Under the pieces are notes generated by a model. The model was not told the origin of the DNA. It did not search any database and saw nothing but the letters and a program-made list of their open reading frames with translations. Below are positions 45,401-55,361 of a stretch of 60,032 nucleotides of DNA, piece by piece. How positions within the stretch are numbered: position 1 is the first letter of the stretch; every line of letters begins with the position of its first letter. Made by a program: the position numbers and the translations under genes. This stretch comes from a virus (lineage: Duplodnaviria > Caudoviricetes). The stretch spans positions 1-60,032 of the IMG/VR virus record IMGVR_UViG_3300048080_000210; one strand, written 5' to 3'.

Positions 45401-46903
45401 CTATCGGGCCCTCCAGCTCGAAGCGCGGTCGCTCTCGCCAAGCGGGCGGCCGAGCCGAAACTCCGCGCGTGGGTTCCGCTCCATCACTCGGGTCGCCCCC
45501 CACACTGTAGCGTCCATCCGGTCGGGAGATTCCGAAAGCCCGGGCTCCCAGTTGCAGAGCTGGTCCTCGAGCTCCGGCATCGCGTTCGGCACCTCCCGCC
45601 GCTGGAGCGCGCCGGCCGCATCGTACTCCTCCGCCCATCGCGTTCGGACGTGGTGGTAGCGGCCCTGCTCCGAGAGGGCGGCGATAGGCTCGGCGCGGGT
45701 GCGCTTGCCTCGGCTCGCGGTCACGAGGTAGACCGGCACCGGCCGGCCCGCGTGTGGCACCGTGCGGATCGTGTGCTCCACCATGTCGCCTCCCTGGTTC
45801 CGCTCGGCGACGATGGCGTCGGCCTTGAGCTCGTCGTAGAGCTCCACCGCCTTCCGGGCCCACCCGTCCGGCGAGTAGCGGCCGGACACGTCCCGGAGGA
45901 CGTAGACGTGGACGGCCGGCCGGCCCGGGGCATCGGTAGGGGAGGAGGCCGCGAAGGCGGAACCCACGGCCACGATCCCGGTTTCGCTCGACTCCTCCCC
46001 GGAGCTCACAGCGGGGTCGATCGCCACCACTACCTCCACCAGAGCCGGCACCTCGGCGACCCCCACACGGTCCCGCTCGAGCCAGGCGCGGCGCCACAGC
46101 GCCCCCTCGGCCTCCTCGAGCAGCTCGCCGTAGAGCTCCTGGCGGCCCTTTTCGGTCCCCTGATACTTCGCGAGGATCTCGGCCGCAAAGGCGGGCGCCA
46201 AGTTTTCCATGTTGGCGAACGTGCTCGGGTTCGTGATGATCGCCTGGGGGTCGCCCACGAGGTCGCGCACGATCTTGATGGGGCGCGGCGTCGAGGTCAC
46301 CACCACCTGTGGATTCATGCCCAGGCGCAGCCCGAGCATGAGGTTGTCCCACGTCTCGGTCGCATAGGCCCAGGCTGCGAGCTCGTCGGCCCACGCGAAG
46401 TCATGCTGAGGGCCTCGCAGGAGGTCCGGCTCGGCCGAAGAGAACGCGACGGCCATCGGTCCGCGTTCGTAGCTCCTGCCCTGGTAGTAGCGGCCCGCCA
46501 CCGCCAGCTCGCCTTTCCACTCGACGCGCCGGAGGCTCGGGTTGTAGTGCGGCTGATTCCAGGGGCTCGCCACGGCCAGGAGGCCGCTCTCGCCTTCGAT
46601 CATGGTGTCCCGCACGTCTGCCGAGGTCCGGCCCACGAGAGCCACGCGGCGTGCCTGGCCCGTCTCGACCTTCTTCCGCACGAGCTCCGCCCCCGTCCGC
46701 GTCTTGCCGGAGCCACGGCCGCCCTTGATGAACCACTTGCGCCAGGAGCTCTTCGGCTCGCATTGGTCCGGCCTGGCCCACGTGCCCTCCCAATCGAAGA
46801 GCTCGAGCACCAGCGCGCCGTAGGCGTCGCGGTCGAGCCCGTCGAGAAGTTGAGGGTTCTCCTCGGTCCGCAGCTTGCCCAGCTTGTGAGCCAGGCGGCC
46901 CAC
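45401..46903 (-). CDS. terL: Terminase large subunit
   Basis: Walker A GGRGSGKT, Walker B WADE, STP, nuclease motifs AIDP and DRMDA. Confidence 0.95.
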   Translation of the reverse strand: MGRLAHKLGKLRTEENPQLLDGLDRDAYGALVLELFDWEGTWARPDQCEPKSSWRKWFIKGGRGSGKTRTGAELVRKKVETGQARRVALVGRTSADVRDTMIEGESGLLAVASPWNQPHYNPSLRRVEWKGELAVAGRYYQGRSYERGPMAVAFSSAEPDLLRGPQHDFAWADELAAWAYATETWDNLMLGLRLGMNPQVVVTSTPRPIKIVRDLVGDPQAIITNPSTFANMENLAPAFAAEILAKYQGTEKGRQELYGELLEEAEGALWRRAWLERDRVGVAEVPALVEVVVAIDPAVSSGEESSETGIVAVGSAFAASSPTDAPGRPAVHVYVLRDVSGRYSPDGWARKAVELYDELKADAIVAERNQGGDMVEHTIRTVPHAGRPVPVYLVTASRGKRTRAEPIAALSEQGRYHHVRTRWAEEYDAAGALQRREVPNAMPELEDQLCNWEPGLSESPDRMDATVWGATRVMERNPRAEFRLGRPLGESDRASSWRAR

Positions 46904-46906
46904 GCT

Positions 46907-47224
46907 CTACTCCTCCACCACCCCGAGCACCTCGCGGCGGCCCTTGAGCCCGCCGCCGGCATCGACCAGCGTCTCGATTAGCACGCGCTGCCCAGGCGTG
47001 AGGGTCGCCGTGTCCGGGATCAGGAAGCGGTAGTTGCCAGGCTGGCCTGCGACGGGCGCGAGCGTCACCGGGTTGATGATCCCCGGGATCGGCACGCCCG
47101 TTAGCTTGTCGGTGAAGTTGGCGGTCACCACGGCGGCGGACACCACGAGCCCGGTTAGCTTGTCGGTGAGCGCCTGCACCTCGAAGGGCGTGTCGCTCCC
47201 GATGAAGACGCTGACGGTTTCCAT
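46907..47224 (-). CDS. Small Ig-like virion protein (alternative start GTG 47311)
   Basis: AGGAGG SD before ATG 47224; beta-rich, GNY motif. Confidence 0.6.
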   Translation of the reverse strand: METVSVFIGSDTPFEVQALTDKLTGLVVSAAVVTANFTDKLTGVPIPGIINPVTLAPVAGQPGNYRFLIPDTATLTPGQRVLIETLVDAGGGLKGRREVLGVVEE

Positions 47225-47307
47225 GGGCACCTCCTGCCCGCAGTTGGCGAACTGCCACTGTAGCGCGCGATACGCTGCGGTGGTCCATTCGACGGCGCGG
47301 AACGTCG

Positions 47308-49146
47308 TCACGGGGTCCAGTCCAGCGCCCGGTACGTGGTGGTCGTCCACTCGAGCGCGCGCCGGGTCACGACCCCAAACTCGAGGCACCCGGGCACCTG
47401 GGTACCATCGCTCAACGTGGCGACCGGAGCCGCGAGCACCATCGTAGCCGGTGCCACGCTCAGGAGCTCCTCGGGTCCGGCCATCACCACGATGTCGAAG
47501 TCGTGTTTCGCACGAAGCCCAAACTTCCCGCCCATGTTGACGCCAGGGCCGGTCACTTCGAGGCGCGCACTGAAGTCGGTGCCGACCGTCGCCGGGCTCG
47601 TCATGGAGTCGGCGCGTAGGATCACGCCAGCGCCGCCGTTGATCCGACCGGAGGCTTCGCTGGTGAACGGACTCCCCGCCACCTCCGTCTCCACGTCGGT
47701 GGCTTCGTTGATCTCCCAGATACGAACCGTCAGCCCAGCGACCGGCTGCGGTGTCAGGAGCCCTGGATTCGCGGAAACGAAGCGCGGGTTGTAGGTGAAG
47801 GTGATGATTCCGGTCCCGGTGACTCCGCCCGTGTTCACGTCCACGAGCTGCTCGATGGCATACATGGCGCGCGGGTTGCGGATCTCGATGGTGTTCCCGG
47901 AGAGCGTGCGAAGCGGGACGATGGTCACGTCCGCGGTCAGCAGGAGGCCCTCGAACACCTGATCTCCGACGATGACGCCCTGGGCAGTGCCGAGCTGCCC
48001 CACGAGGAGATTCTCGGAAGTGGTGGGCACGCCAAGCGCCACGAGCGTGGTGACGGTCGTGTAGTTGACCACCGATTCGATGTCGCCACCACCGAACGGG
48101 TTGAGCCCGGCGCGGATGATCGACGACATGCAATCGGCAACCTGGCGGAAGGTGCTGGTCTGGAACCACGAGCCTCGCACGGAAACCGCCAAGCGTCCGG
48201 CGCCGATGTCGGCGTCGTTGGGCTGGATGCCAATCCACACACTTCCGTTGCGCGACGAGTAGCGGTCTCCGGGTCGCAGCCCGAGGGTGATGACGGAAAG
48301 CCCTGCCACGTCTCCGATGGAGCGGAGCGCCACCTGCGCAAACGTGGTGCTACGCATCGAAACCCAGATCTCGTTATTGCTCTGCCACGTCGTCGAGGTC
48401 GCGCCAGTCTGTTCAATGCTGATCTCGTGGATGCCGAAAAGTAGGAACAGCGCCGCCAGTCCGCCTGGCGTGCCGCCTCCGACCGTCGTGAACTTCTCGA
48501 GCAAGCGCGCGATTGGGCCGGATCCCATCTGCCCGCCGGAGCTGTTCACCTGCGAGACACCACCCGATCGGATCAGATCGCCCGAAGTGGTCGTTTCGTC
48601 GATCATGCGGACACGGTGCCCACCCTCGCGCACGATCAGCACGGAGGTCCCGACGGCTTCCACCACGAGCGCCGGGCCACCGTCGAGCGGTCGCACTTCG
48701 ATTCGATCCTCGGAAATGACCCGCTGGACAAACCAGCTCCGCGTGTTCGACGTGCTGAGCCTCACCACCGCGCGGTCGCCAGGACGCACCTTGAGCGTCT
48801 CGAAGAGCGCACCGACGCGGTGGATAACGTTGCCCGCCTCGAAGGTGGTCACGGCACCCGATGCGACCTTGGTCGCGAGTTGTACCAGCCGCGCCGCCGT
48901 GCCTCCGGCGCCCTGGACCGCCAGCGCGGGGGTGACGGTGATGACGGCGCCGGCGATAGCCAGCGTGTCGTAAAAGCCGTCGTTCGCCCCTGCGGTCGGA
49001 GTGCCGAAAGCCTCCACCACGTCCCCGACGGCTAGGCCAACGATGGCAGCAGAGGTCGTGATGGTGTTCGCGGTGGTCGCCGTAATCGCGCGCTGTCCCG
49101 TTCCGGTGGCGCGCGCACCCTCGAATTGATGGTAGAGCGTGGACAC
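47308..49146 (-). CDS. Large Thr/Gly/Val-rich virion-like (fibre/adhesin) protein
   Basis: 612 aa, beta-rich composition like the tail proteins. Confidence 0.6.
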   Translation of the reverse strand: MSTLYHQFEGARATGTGQRAITATTANTITTSAAIVGLAVGDVVEAFGTPTAGANDGFYDTLAIAGAVITVTPALAVQGAGGTAARLVQLATKVASGAVTTFEAGNVIHRVGALFETLKVRPGDRAVVRLSTSNTRSWFVQRVISEDRIEVRPLDGGPALVVEAVGTSVLIVREGGHRVRMIDETTTSGDLIRSGGVSQVNSSGGQMGSGPIARLLEKFTTVGGGTPGGLAALFLLFGIHEISIEQTGATSTTWQSNNEIWVSMRSTTFAQVALRSIGDVAGLSVITLGLRPGDRYSSRNGSVWIGIQPNDADIGAGRLAVSVRGSWFQTSTFRQVADCMSSIIRAGLNPFGGGDIESVVNYTTVTTLVALGVPTTSENLLVGQLGTAQGVIVGDQVFEGLLLTADVTIVPLRTLSGNTIEIRNPRAMYAIEQLVDVNTGGVTGTGIITFTYNPRFVSANPGLLTPQPVAGLTVRIWEINEATDVETEVAGSPFTSEASGRINGGAGVILRADSMTSPATVGTDFSARLEVTGPGVNMGGKFGLRAKHDFDIVVMAGPEELLSVAPATMVLAAPVATLSDGTQVPGCLEFGVVTRRALEWTTTTYRALDWTP

Positions 49147-49665
49147 TCAAGCCCCAGCGGCGATCTGCCCCGTCAGGAAGTCTTTCCTTGAAACGGCGCC
49201 GTCTAGCTGCTCCACGAGGTTCACGCGGCCTGCGGCGGAACCATCCAAGATCGCGGTCTTGTCTGGGCCAGTCGGGAGGCTCGCGGTCAAGTTGACCACG
49301 GCAGCGTCGAGGCTGGCGAGGCGAGCGGTGAGGGAAACGATCACGGCGTCCACTTCTACGAGCTCTCGCTCGAAGTCGAGGACCCGCAGGGCGCCCGCTT
49401 CGACTACCGTCACGAGGACGCGCAGGGCGGCCGCCATCCGCATCAAGCCAGCCGCCTGGAGGCGAGTCTTGACGGAGGCGTAGGTGTTGGCATCGGTGAC
49501 CGCATGGTCGAAGAGCGCCTCGATAACCCGCGTGCCGTAGTTGGCGGCCTGGCTCGAGGTGAAGCCGGCCACCTGGAGCGCCAGCAGCAGATCCGCTTGC
49601 GTGCCTCCGTTCGGGTTGGCTTGCCAGTAGGCGATGGTGGCGTTGACGAAAAGACGCAGGCTCAC
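49147..49665 (-). CDS. Hypothetical helical protein
   Basis: AAGGAG SD before GTG 49665. Confidence 0.6.
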   Translation of the reverse strand: MSLRLFVNATIAYWQANPNGGTQADLLLALQVAGFTSSQAANYGTRVIEALFDHAVTDANTYASVKTRLQAAGLMRMAAALRVLVTVVEAGALRVLDFERELVEVDAVIVSLTARLASLDAAVVNLTASLPTGPDKTAILDGSAAGRVNLVEQLDGAVSRKDFLTGQIAAGA

Positions 49666-49678
49666 GGGCGGGCGCTCC

Positions 49679-50104
49679 TTAGTCGAGAAGATGGAGGCAT
49701 GCGCCCGGGTCGGCGCTCGAGAAACGTACCGTGACGGCCAAGCCGGCGGTGGCGAGGGGGTTGGTCGGATAGAACGCGAGCAGGCTAGAGGTGGAATCAA
49801 CGCCCGTGTTCTCGAAGAGCACAGCGCCGCCGATAGTCTGCCCCGCAGTGAGCGGCGGGAAGTTGACCTGGCTCGCGCGGAGCTCGGCGCGGTTGAGGGC
49901 GTCGTCCTGGACCAGCGTCACGCCGGTTAGGTTCTGGCGGGCGTAGCCGGCCACGGTGACCTCGTGCGCCACGAGCTCCGACACGAAGTCCGCGTCCGGG
50001 TCGAACGTGTAGGTGGTGCGCACGAGGAGGAGCCGGAGCGCGCCGGTGGCGAGATTGAGCGCGCCGCCGATCCGCTCCTTGCCACGGTTGTAGACATTGG
50101 GCAC
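49679..50104 (-). CDS. Virion structural-type protein
   Basis: VYNRGK...LRLLLV..TY..DPD..FVS...EV...GYARQ pattern typical of phage fibre-associated proteins. Confidence 0.65.
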   Translation of the reverse strand: MPNVYNRGKERIGGALNLATGALRLLLVRTTYTFDPDADFVSELVAHEVTVAGYARQNLTGVTLVQDDALNRAELRASQVNFPPLTAGQTIGGAVLFENTGVDSTSSLLAFYPTNPLATAGLAVTVRFSSADPGACLHLLD

Positions 50105-50113
50105 CGGCGAGCC

Positions 50114-50578
50114 CTACTTCGCCGCCTTGCGCCGTGCGAGCTCTTGCAGCTTCCGCAGGCGCTCTTCGACCTTGGCACGCCCGAGCTGCACCTGGAGCGG
50201 CCCACCGTCCGGCCCCGTGTGCTCGAGGCGCTCAGGCGGCAGCCCTCCGCCCCATTTCTTGTCGAGGTAGATAGCGGCGGTGACGTTGCCGGCTCCGGCC
50301 TGTTTCCAGAGGCACGCCCAGATCCTCTCCTTGCGGCGGATCATGCCCCGCTGGGCGGCCGCGTCGAGCTCGGGCCGGCGCTTGCGCTCGTTGTAGAGGG
50401 TCTTCGGCGTGACCTCGAAGTATTCCGCCGCGTCGCCCAGGGTATGGCCGAACGAGATGAACTTCTCGATCTCCTCGGCCGAGAGCTCGACCCGCGGCTT
50501 GCCGCCACCTGAGCCCTTGGGAGGCTTGATCCGGGCCGCGCGGTGGCGGCTGCCCGGCGTGGCCGATTGCTTGCCCAT
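50114..50578 (-). CDS. terS: Terminase small subunit
   Basis: HTH (DAAEYFEVTPKTLY), GNVTAAIY and EHTGPDGGPL; TACTAT -10-like hexamer just upstream. Confidence 0.8.
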   Translation of the reverse strand: MGKQSATPGSRHRAARIKPPKGSGGGKPRVELSAEEIEKFISFGHTLGDAAEYFEVTPKTLYNERKRRPELDAAAQRGMIRRKERIWACLWKQAGAGNVTAAIYLDKKWGGGLPPERLEHTGPDGGPLQVQLGRAKVEERLRKLQELARRKAAK

Positions 50579-50808
50579 CGGGCCCGATAGTAGGGGCGCT
50601 TCGGCCGGGCAGCACGTGGGCTAGCTGCGGGGGTAGCCGGACTTACCCCATGCCACGGCCGCGGTTCAATGCGGCTGGTCGAACGCCCTGTGCTGCGGCC
50701 TCCGCCTCCGTGGGTGGCTCGGCAGCGACTTACGCACGCTCTTTCGATCGGTGGCGGCGCCGGCCCCCTTGCGGGTCCCCTGGCGTCGGCCTGGGCCCCC
50801 CGCAGCCC

Positions 50809-51192
50809 TCAGTGCTCCATGTCGCCGCCGGTAGGATCGGCGAGCGGGTCGCCGAAGGGCAGCCGCTCCTGCTTCTCCTCCTCGGTCATCGGGCGCTGGC
50901 GGATCACCTCGCCGGTGTCTCGGCGGACCCACACCACGGTGGCTTCGCCCGGGTTGCGGAGGCAGACGACTTCGACGGGCCGGTACTCCTGGCGCTCGCG
51001 GATCTGGATCGCCACGCGCGCAATCTGAAGCTCGAGCTCGCCGATCTCCTCGCGGCGTTCCTTGGCGTATTGCTTCGTCTCGAAGTCCAGGTCGTCCCGT
51101 TCCTTGAGCAGCCGCGCCACCGCCTCGCCTCGCTGGCGCACCTCCTCCGGGCTCAAGGCACACGGCAGCGACTCCACGCTCGGTTCCTGCAT
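50809..51192 (-). CDS. Phage hypothetical protein
   Basis: LPCALSPEE...RRDTGEVIRQRPMT..EKQ. Confidence 0.7.
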   Translation of the reverse strand: MQEPSVESLPCALSPEEVRQRGEAVARLLKERDDLDFETKQYAKERREEIGELELQIARVAIQIRERQEYRPVEVVCLRNPGEATVVWVRRDTGEVIRQRPMTEEEKQERLPFGDPLADPTGGDMEH

Positions 51193-51196
51193 CGGT

Positions 51197-51433
51197 TCAT
51201 CCCTCCTCGGCCCTCGGGCCTTTGCTCCTGGAAAAGCGGTTGGCATCCGGGCAGGTTGCGAAGTGAGAAACCATGAACCTGCGCCGATCCGCGCGCGTGG
51301 CGGAGAGCGCCTCGGGCGCGATTCCCTCCAGCGTCACTTCGTAGACGGCCGGCCTCGGGTCGAGCGGCACGCGCTTCCCGTTCTCGAGCTCGGCCCAGAC
51401 GATGGGCACGCCGCAGCCCTTACAATTAGCCAC
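51197..51433 (-). CDS. Zn-finger phage protein (CxxC...HFATCP)
   Basis: CKGCGVPIVW...GKRVPLD...SHFATCP. Confidence 0.75.
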   Translation of the reverse strand: MANCKGCGVPIVWAELENGKRVPLDPRPAVYEVTLEGIAPEALSATRADRRRFMVSHFATCPDANRFSRSKGPRAEEG

Positions 51434-52154
51434 GGGCGGCTGCCTCGGCTCGGGCCTGGTGCACCGCCTCGCAACCGGCCGCTCCGCAGAGGATCGCGTG
51501 CACCGGCCAGAGGAGCACGCGGCAGGTCATGCAGCTCGAGTAGCGCGGGAGCTCGAGGCCCTCGGTCCGCAAGCGTTCGATGAGGGTGCCGATAGGCCAG
51601 AGGTGGTGACGCCGCAGCGCGCGGACGTTCCCGCCCTCGCGTTGCACCACCTGCGTCCGCTCGCGGAAGACGCGCGGCACGGTCCAGCCGACCAGCGTCA
51701 CCTGGCAGGCGTCCTCGAGCTCGAGCACCCGGGCCAGGAGGAGGAAGTCCACCTCCAGCGGCGAGCTCGCGGGGAGCTCGAGCGGGGCCACCGGCGCCGC
51801 CGCCGTCTTGATCCCGATCCGGCAGGCGCTTGCCGCGTGCACCACGGCCGCGCCGGCGGTCGGCGCGCGAGCGCCGAAGACGCGGGCCACGGCGAGCTCC
51901 GCGAGCACCCGGTCTCGCCACTCCTCGCCGGGCAGGGCCCGGGCCGGCGACTCCTCGAGCCGCGCCGCCACCTCCGGCGCCTCGAGCCTGGCTACCACGT
52001 GCCAGGTCCCCTCGGGGGGCCAGTCGTCGGCGGCCACCTTGCCCATGCGCGCATAGCGGGGCCAGGCTAGGCTCGGTTTCCCGGGGGTAGGCGCGGAGGG
52101 CGGCGGGCTCGGCGGCTCGCCCCCCTCCGGCCTTCCCCTCTCCCCAGCGGTCAA
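51426..52154 (-). CDS. Hypothetical protein
   Basis: ORF track; C-terminal Cys cluster. Confidence 0.5.
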   Translation of the reverse strand: MTAGERGRPEGGEPPSPPPSAPTPGKPSLAWPRYARMGKVAADDWPPEGTWHVVARLEAPEVAARLEESPARALPGEEWRDRVLAELAVARVFGARAPTAGAAVVHAASACRIGIKTAAAPVAPLELPASSPLEVDFLLLARVLELEDACQVTLVGWTVPRVFRERTQVVQREGGNVRALRRHHLWPIGTLIERLRTEGLELPRYSSCMTCRVLLWPVHAILCGAAGCEAVHQARAEAAARG

Positions 52155-54644
52155 GGTAGGGCCTCGCGCTCGAGGCGCGCGGCCAGCAGCCTGGCGTTCG
52201 CCGCGATCACGTCGTCGATGGTGAGCCAGGAGCCGCGCCGCGGTCGCGCCTCGCGCTCGAGGCGTTGCGCCTCGGCCCAGGCGAGAACCTCATGCTCGAG
52301 CGCCTCGAGCGTCTCGAGCTCTTGGACCTCCGCGAGGTGCACGAGGCAAAGCCCGCCCGGGGCTTGAGCGCACGGCTCGCAATCGGAGGAGAGGCACGGG
52401 TCCACGCGGGCGCATCCTACACCCGGAGCGAGGCGGGAGGGAAGTCCCTCGCCGGCCCGGTCCTAGGCGGCGGCGGCGTCCGGGTAGGCGGCGCGGGCCA
52501 TCACGTAGCCGGCACCCGTCAGGAAGATGGCCTCCAGGATCGCCTCCTGGGCTAGGCCCCCGCATCCGAGGATCACGAGCGCCAGCGCCGCCGCGTGGGG
52601 GAGCACCCCTTCCCGGTGCCACATCGCCAGCGCGGCCCGGTGGGTGGTCGCGAGCTCGGCCAGCTCCGCCTCCGCCAGCCCGCCCTTGCCGGCCTCGGCG
52701 AGAGTCAGGAGCGTCCACCCGAGCAAGCCGTCGCGGTCCGGCAGCACTACGGCGCCCCGGCCTCGGCGAGGTAGGCGTCGAGCACGAGGGCGGCCTGCCG
52801 GTCGTCGAGGTCATGGAGCCCGCGCAGGTAGGCCAACGCGAGCCGGCGTAGCGTGCCGCCGGCGCGGGCGCGCGCGGCGAAGCCGTCCACGCGCTGGGCC
52901 CAGGCGTCGAGGTCGAGGAGCACCTGACCGCGGCGGCTGGGCGTCAAGCCGGTGGAGTGGAAGCCCCGGATCTCCAGGCGGGCCGTATCGAGGAGCGGGC
53001 GCAGGCGCTCGAGGCGCCGGTCACTGGATTGGATCGCCTCCGCCGTCGCCTCGAGCAGCCGGGAGATCGCCGGGTCGGTGGGCAGGATGGGCCGCGGAGG
53101 CACCCGGCGGCGGAAGGGCCACACCTACCCCTACCTGGGCCGCTTCGTGATGCGCAGGCGCCGCGTGCGCTCCCCCTCGTCGGCGGCGTCCGCAAGCGAG
53201 AGCCCCGTGAGGCGGCAGACGGCCGCGAGCTCGAGGTCCGGGCAGCGGTCCCGCTCGAGCGCGCGCACGAGGCGCGCCAGGGCGTCGTGGATCGCCTTTT
53301 CCTCGGCCACCCGGGCGTGGAGGGCTACAGCATCCACGTTTGCGCCTCCTCGGCCTGCGTCTGCTCGAAGGCTTCGCGGATGGCGTAGTACGAGCCCTCG
53401 AAGGCGGCCCGCACTTCGGCCTCGAGCTCGGCCGCGAGGGGTCCGAAGTCCGCGAGCTCGTACCAGGGCGCGAGCTCCGGGTCGTCGCAGGAGAAACCGG
53501 CGATGCGCACGAGCTCGACGCCCTCCGTCACCGGATCACGGCGCAGCTCGAGCTCCGCCACGAGGCGCACGCCGTCGCAAGTGGTGACGGAGAGCCCGAC
53601 GGTGGTGGTCATCGGTTGAGCCAGGCGCCCAGGATCGGGCGCATGGTGCCGAGCTCCTCGGCGCGGATCGTGGCGAGCACGGCGCGGCGGCGCGCCTCGG
53701 CCTCAGCCACGCCCGCCCAGAGGGCGCGGCGGTAGGCTTGCTCTCGAAACATGAACCGGAGGAAGGCGGGCATCTGATCCCCTTTCGCTGTTCTGGGTTC
53801 CCTATCGGCGGCCTCGGGTGTCAACTTGAGTCCGCCGAGCGCCCAACCCTCGCAGCTTCGGCACACCAGCTCGGCCCGGGAGTCCCCCACCCACCGCGCC
53901 CGGCCCCCGGGGGCACCACACACGCGGCACTCTGCGCCGGTCATCGGAAGCGCCAGCCAGCCTTCCGCTCCTGGCGGTCGGCCTCGAGTCCCTTGCGGAT
54001 CTCGCGGAGCTCGTGGGCGTTCTCCTCCGAGGCGATGCGCAGGCGCCGGAGGTCCCGCAGCGCACGCTGGTCGTCATCGTGCGCCTTGGTGCAAGCAAGG
54101 TAGGGGGTGCCCTGGGGGCACCCGTAGGGCAGCTTCGAGGGCGCGGCGCACCCGACGAGCACAAGCAGCGAGAGCGCGAAGGCCCTCACGGCTTGACCGC
54201 CGCCACGGAGGTCGCGTGGTCCGTGGTGAGCTCGAGCACGCCCACCAGCTTGCCCTGGAGCTCCTCGCCGATCCGCTCCAGCGCCTCCCGCTCGCCGCGC
54301 TCGGCGGCGCACGCGGCCGCGCGGTAGCAGGCGGCCGAGGCTTCCTGAAGGGCGGATGCGGCCGCCGCCATCGCCTCCAGACTGATCAGGCTTCGCATGG
54401 GTTTCTCCTACGCCGCCGCAGCGGCCGTTCTCGCGGTTCGCTCGGCGCGCAGCGCCTCAAGCTCCGCCTGTTCCTGGGCGCGGCACGGCGCGCACGGCTC
54501 GAGCCCGCGCCGCCCGTGGGGGCAGGGCGGGCCGAGCACCTCGCAGCGGCCGCAGATCGTGTAGCCGGTCACGAGGCGCACCACGATGGAGCCCGGCCCG
54601 AGATCGCAGCCGCAGCCGCAGCAGCGGGGGGCGGGCCTACCCAC
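52151..54644 (-). other. Run of about eight small hypothetical early genes, including a lipoprotein-like one (LVGC) ending at 53941
   Basis: Closely packed minus-strand ORFs 52151-52405, 52463-52747, 52747-53124, 53131-53337, 53325-53612, 53609-53773, 54186-54398 and 54408-54644. Confidence 0.55.
53803..53829 (-). promoter_or_regulatory. sigma28-type promoter
   Basis: TCAAG-N15-GCCGATAG; leader with AAAGGGGA SD to ATG 53773. Confidence 0.7.
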
Positions 54645-54921
54645 GGCTCGCCTCCGCCTGCGCCTCGGCCTCGGCGCCCTCGCGCACTGCGACGGCCCGG
54701 AGGCGAATCGCGGCCTCGGCCACCGCCGCCGCGTGGTCCGTGGTCCACGCCGTCACCGGCCGCCACACCATGCCCTTTTCGCTGCGGCAGCCGCGGATGT
54801 CCGCGCTGGTGGCGCGCGCCGCCACGCTCACCCGGTACTCGGCCGGCTCAACCTGCCGACCGAAGACGGTGTGGAGCTCGACGCGCGGCGTCCCGATCGC
54901 GATCCCGTTGACCTTTGCCAT
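54637..54921 (-). CDS. Hypothetical protein
   Basis: ATG 54921 with SD, after the promoter. Confidence 0.6.
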   Translation of the reverse strand: MAKVNGIAIGTPRVELHTVFGRQVEPAEYRVSVAARATSADIRGCRSEKGMVWRPVTAWTTDHAAAVAEAAIRLRAVAVREGAEAEAQAEASRG

Positions 54922-54945
54922 TTTGGCCCCCTGTTCTGGTGTCTG

Positions 54946-54972
54946 TATCGGCAGGGCCTTCGGGAAACTTGA
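54946..54972 (-). promoter_or_regulatory. sigma28-type promoter
   Basis: TCAAG-N15-GCCGATAC. Confidence 0.72.
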
Positions 54973-54995
54973 GCCCCTCCAAGGGCGGCGGCGCG

Positions 54996-55293
54996 GCGCA
55001 GCCTCCGGCGGCGGAGACAGTATGCGGCCTCGAAGACACATCGCGCTCTGGCTCCGCACCTCCTTGCGTGGGTGTAGCCTCGGGCGGCGGAGACAACATC
55101 GCGCCCTGACACCCGTATGCGTCACTTGCTACGCACTGCCTTGCGGTCCCCCGTGGCGAGCCACCAGGACGCGCGAGAGCACGATATAAGCTCGAGCCCT
55201 GCAACTGCTTGCGGAGACAAGATGCGGCACTCGACACCTATATGCGTCACTTGCCGCCACCTCTGGCGGCAGGACGAAGATGGGTCCTCGAGC
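54996..55293 (-). repeat. 298-bp non-coding element, copy 2 (inverted relative to 2363-2660)
   Basis: Direct base-by-base comparison. Confidence 0.95.
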
Positions 55294-55305
55294 CTGCGGC
55301 GCTTC

Positions 55306-55346
55306 GGACCCCCCGGGGCGAAAGGGGCAGACGCCCCGAGGGGTCC
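55306..55346 (-). terminator. Strong hairpin after gene 55362..55715 (terminator or processing site; no U-tract)
   Basis: GGACCCCTCGGGGCG-N11-CGCCCCGGGGGGTCC. Confidence 0.5.
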
Positions 55347-55361
55347 TGGCGGCGCCGGCCG

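Noticed and set aside
13876-46981. Long plus-strand ORFs (e.g. 13876..15963, 23654..25705, 31940..33601, 36002..37549, 45260..46981)
   Set aside because: Antisense shadows of real minus-strand genes in high-GC DNA; Arg/Gly/Ala-rich with no motifs
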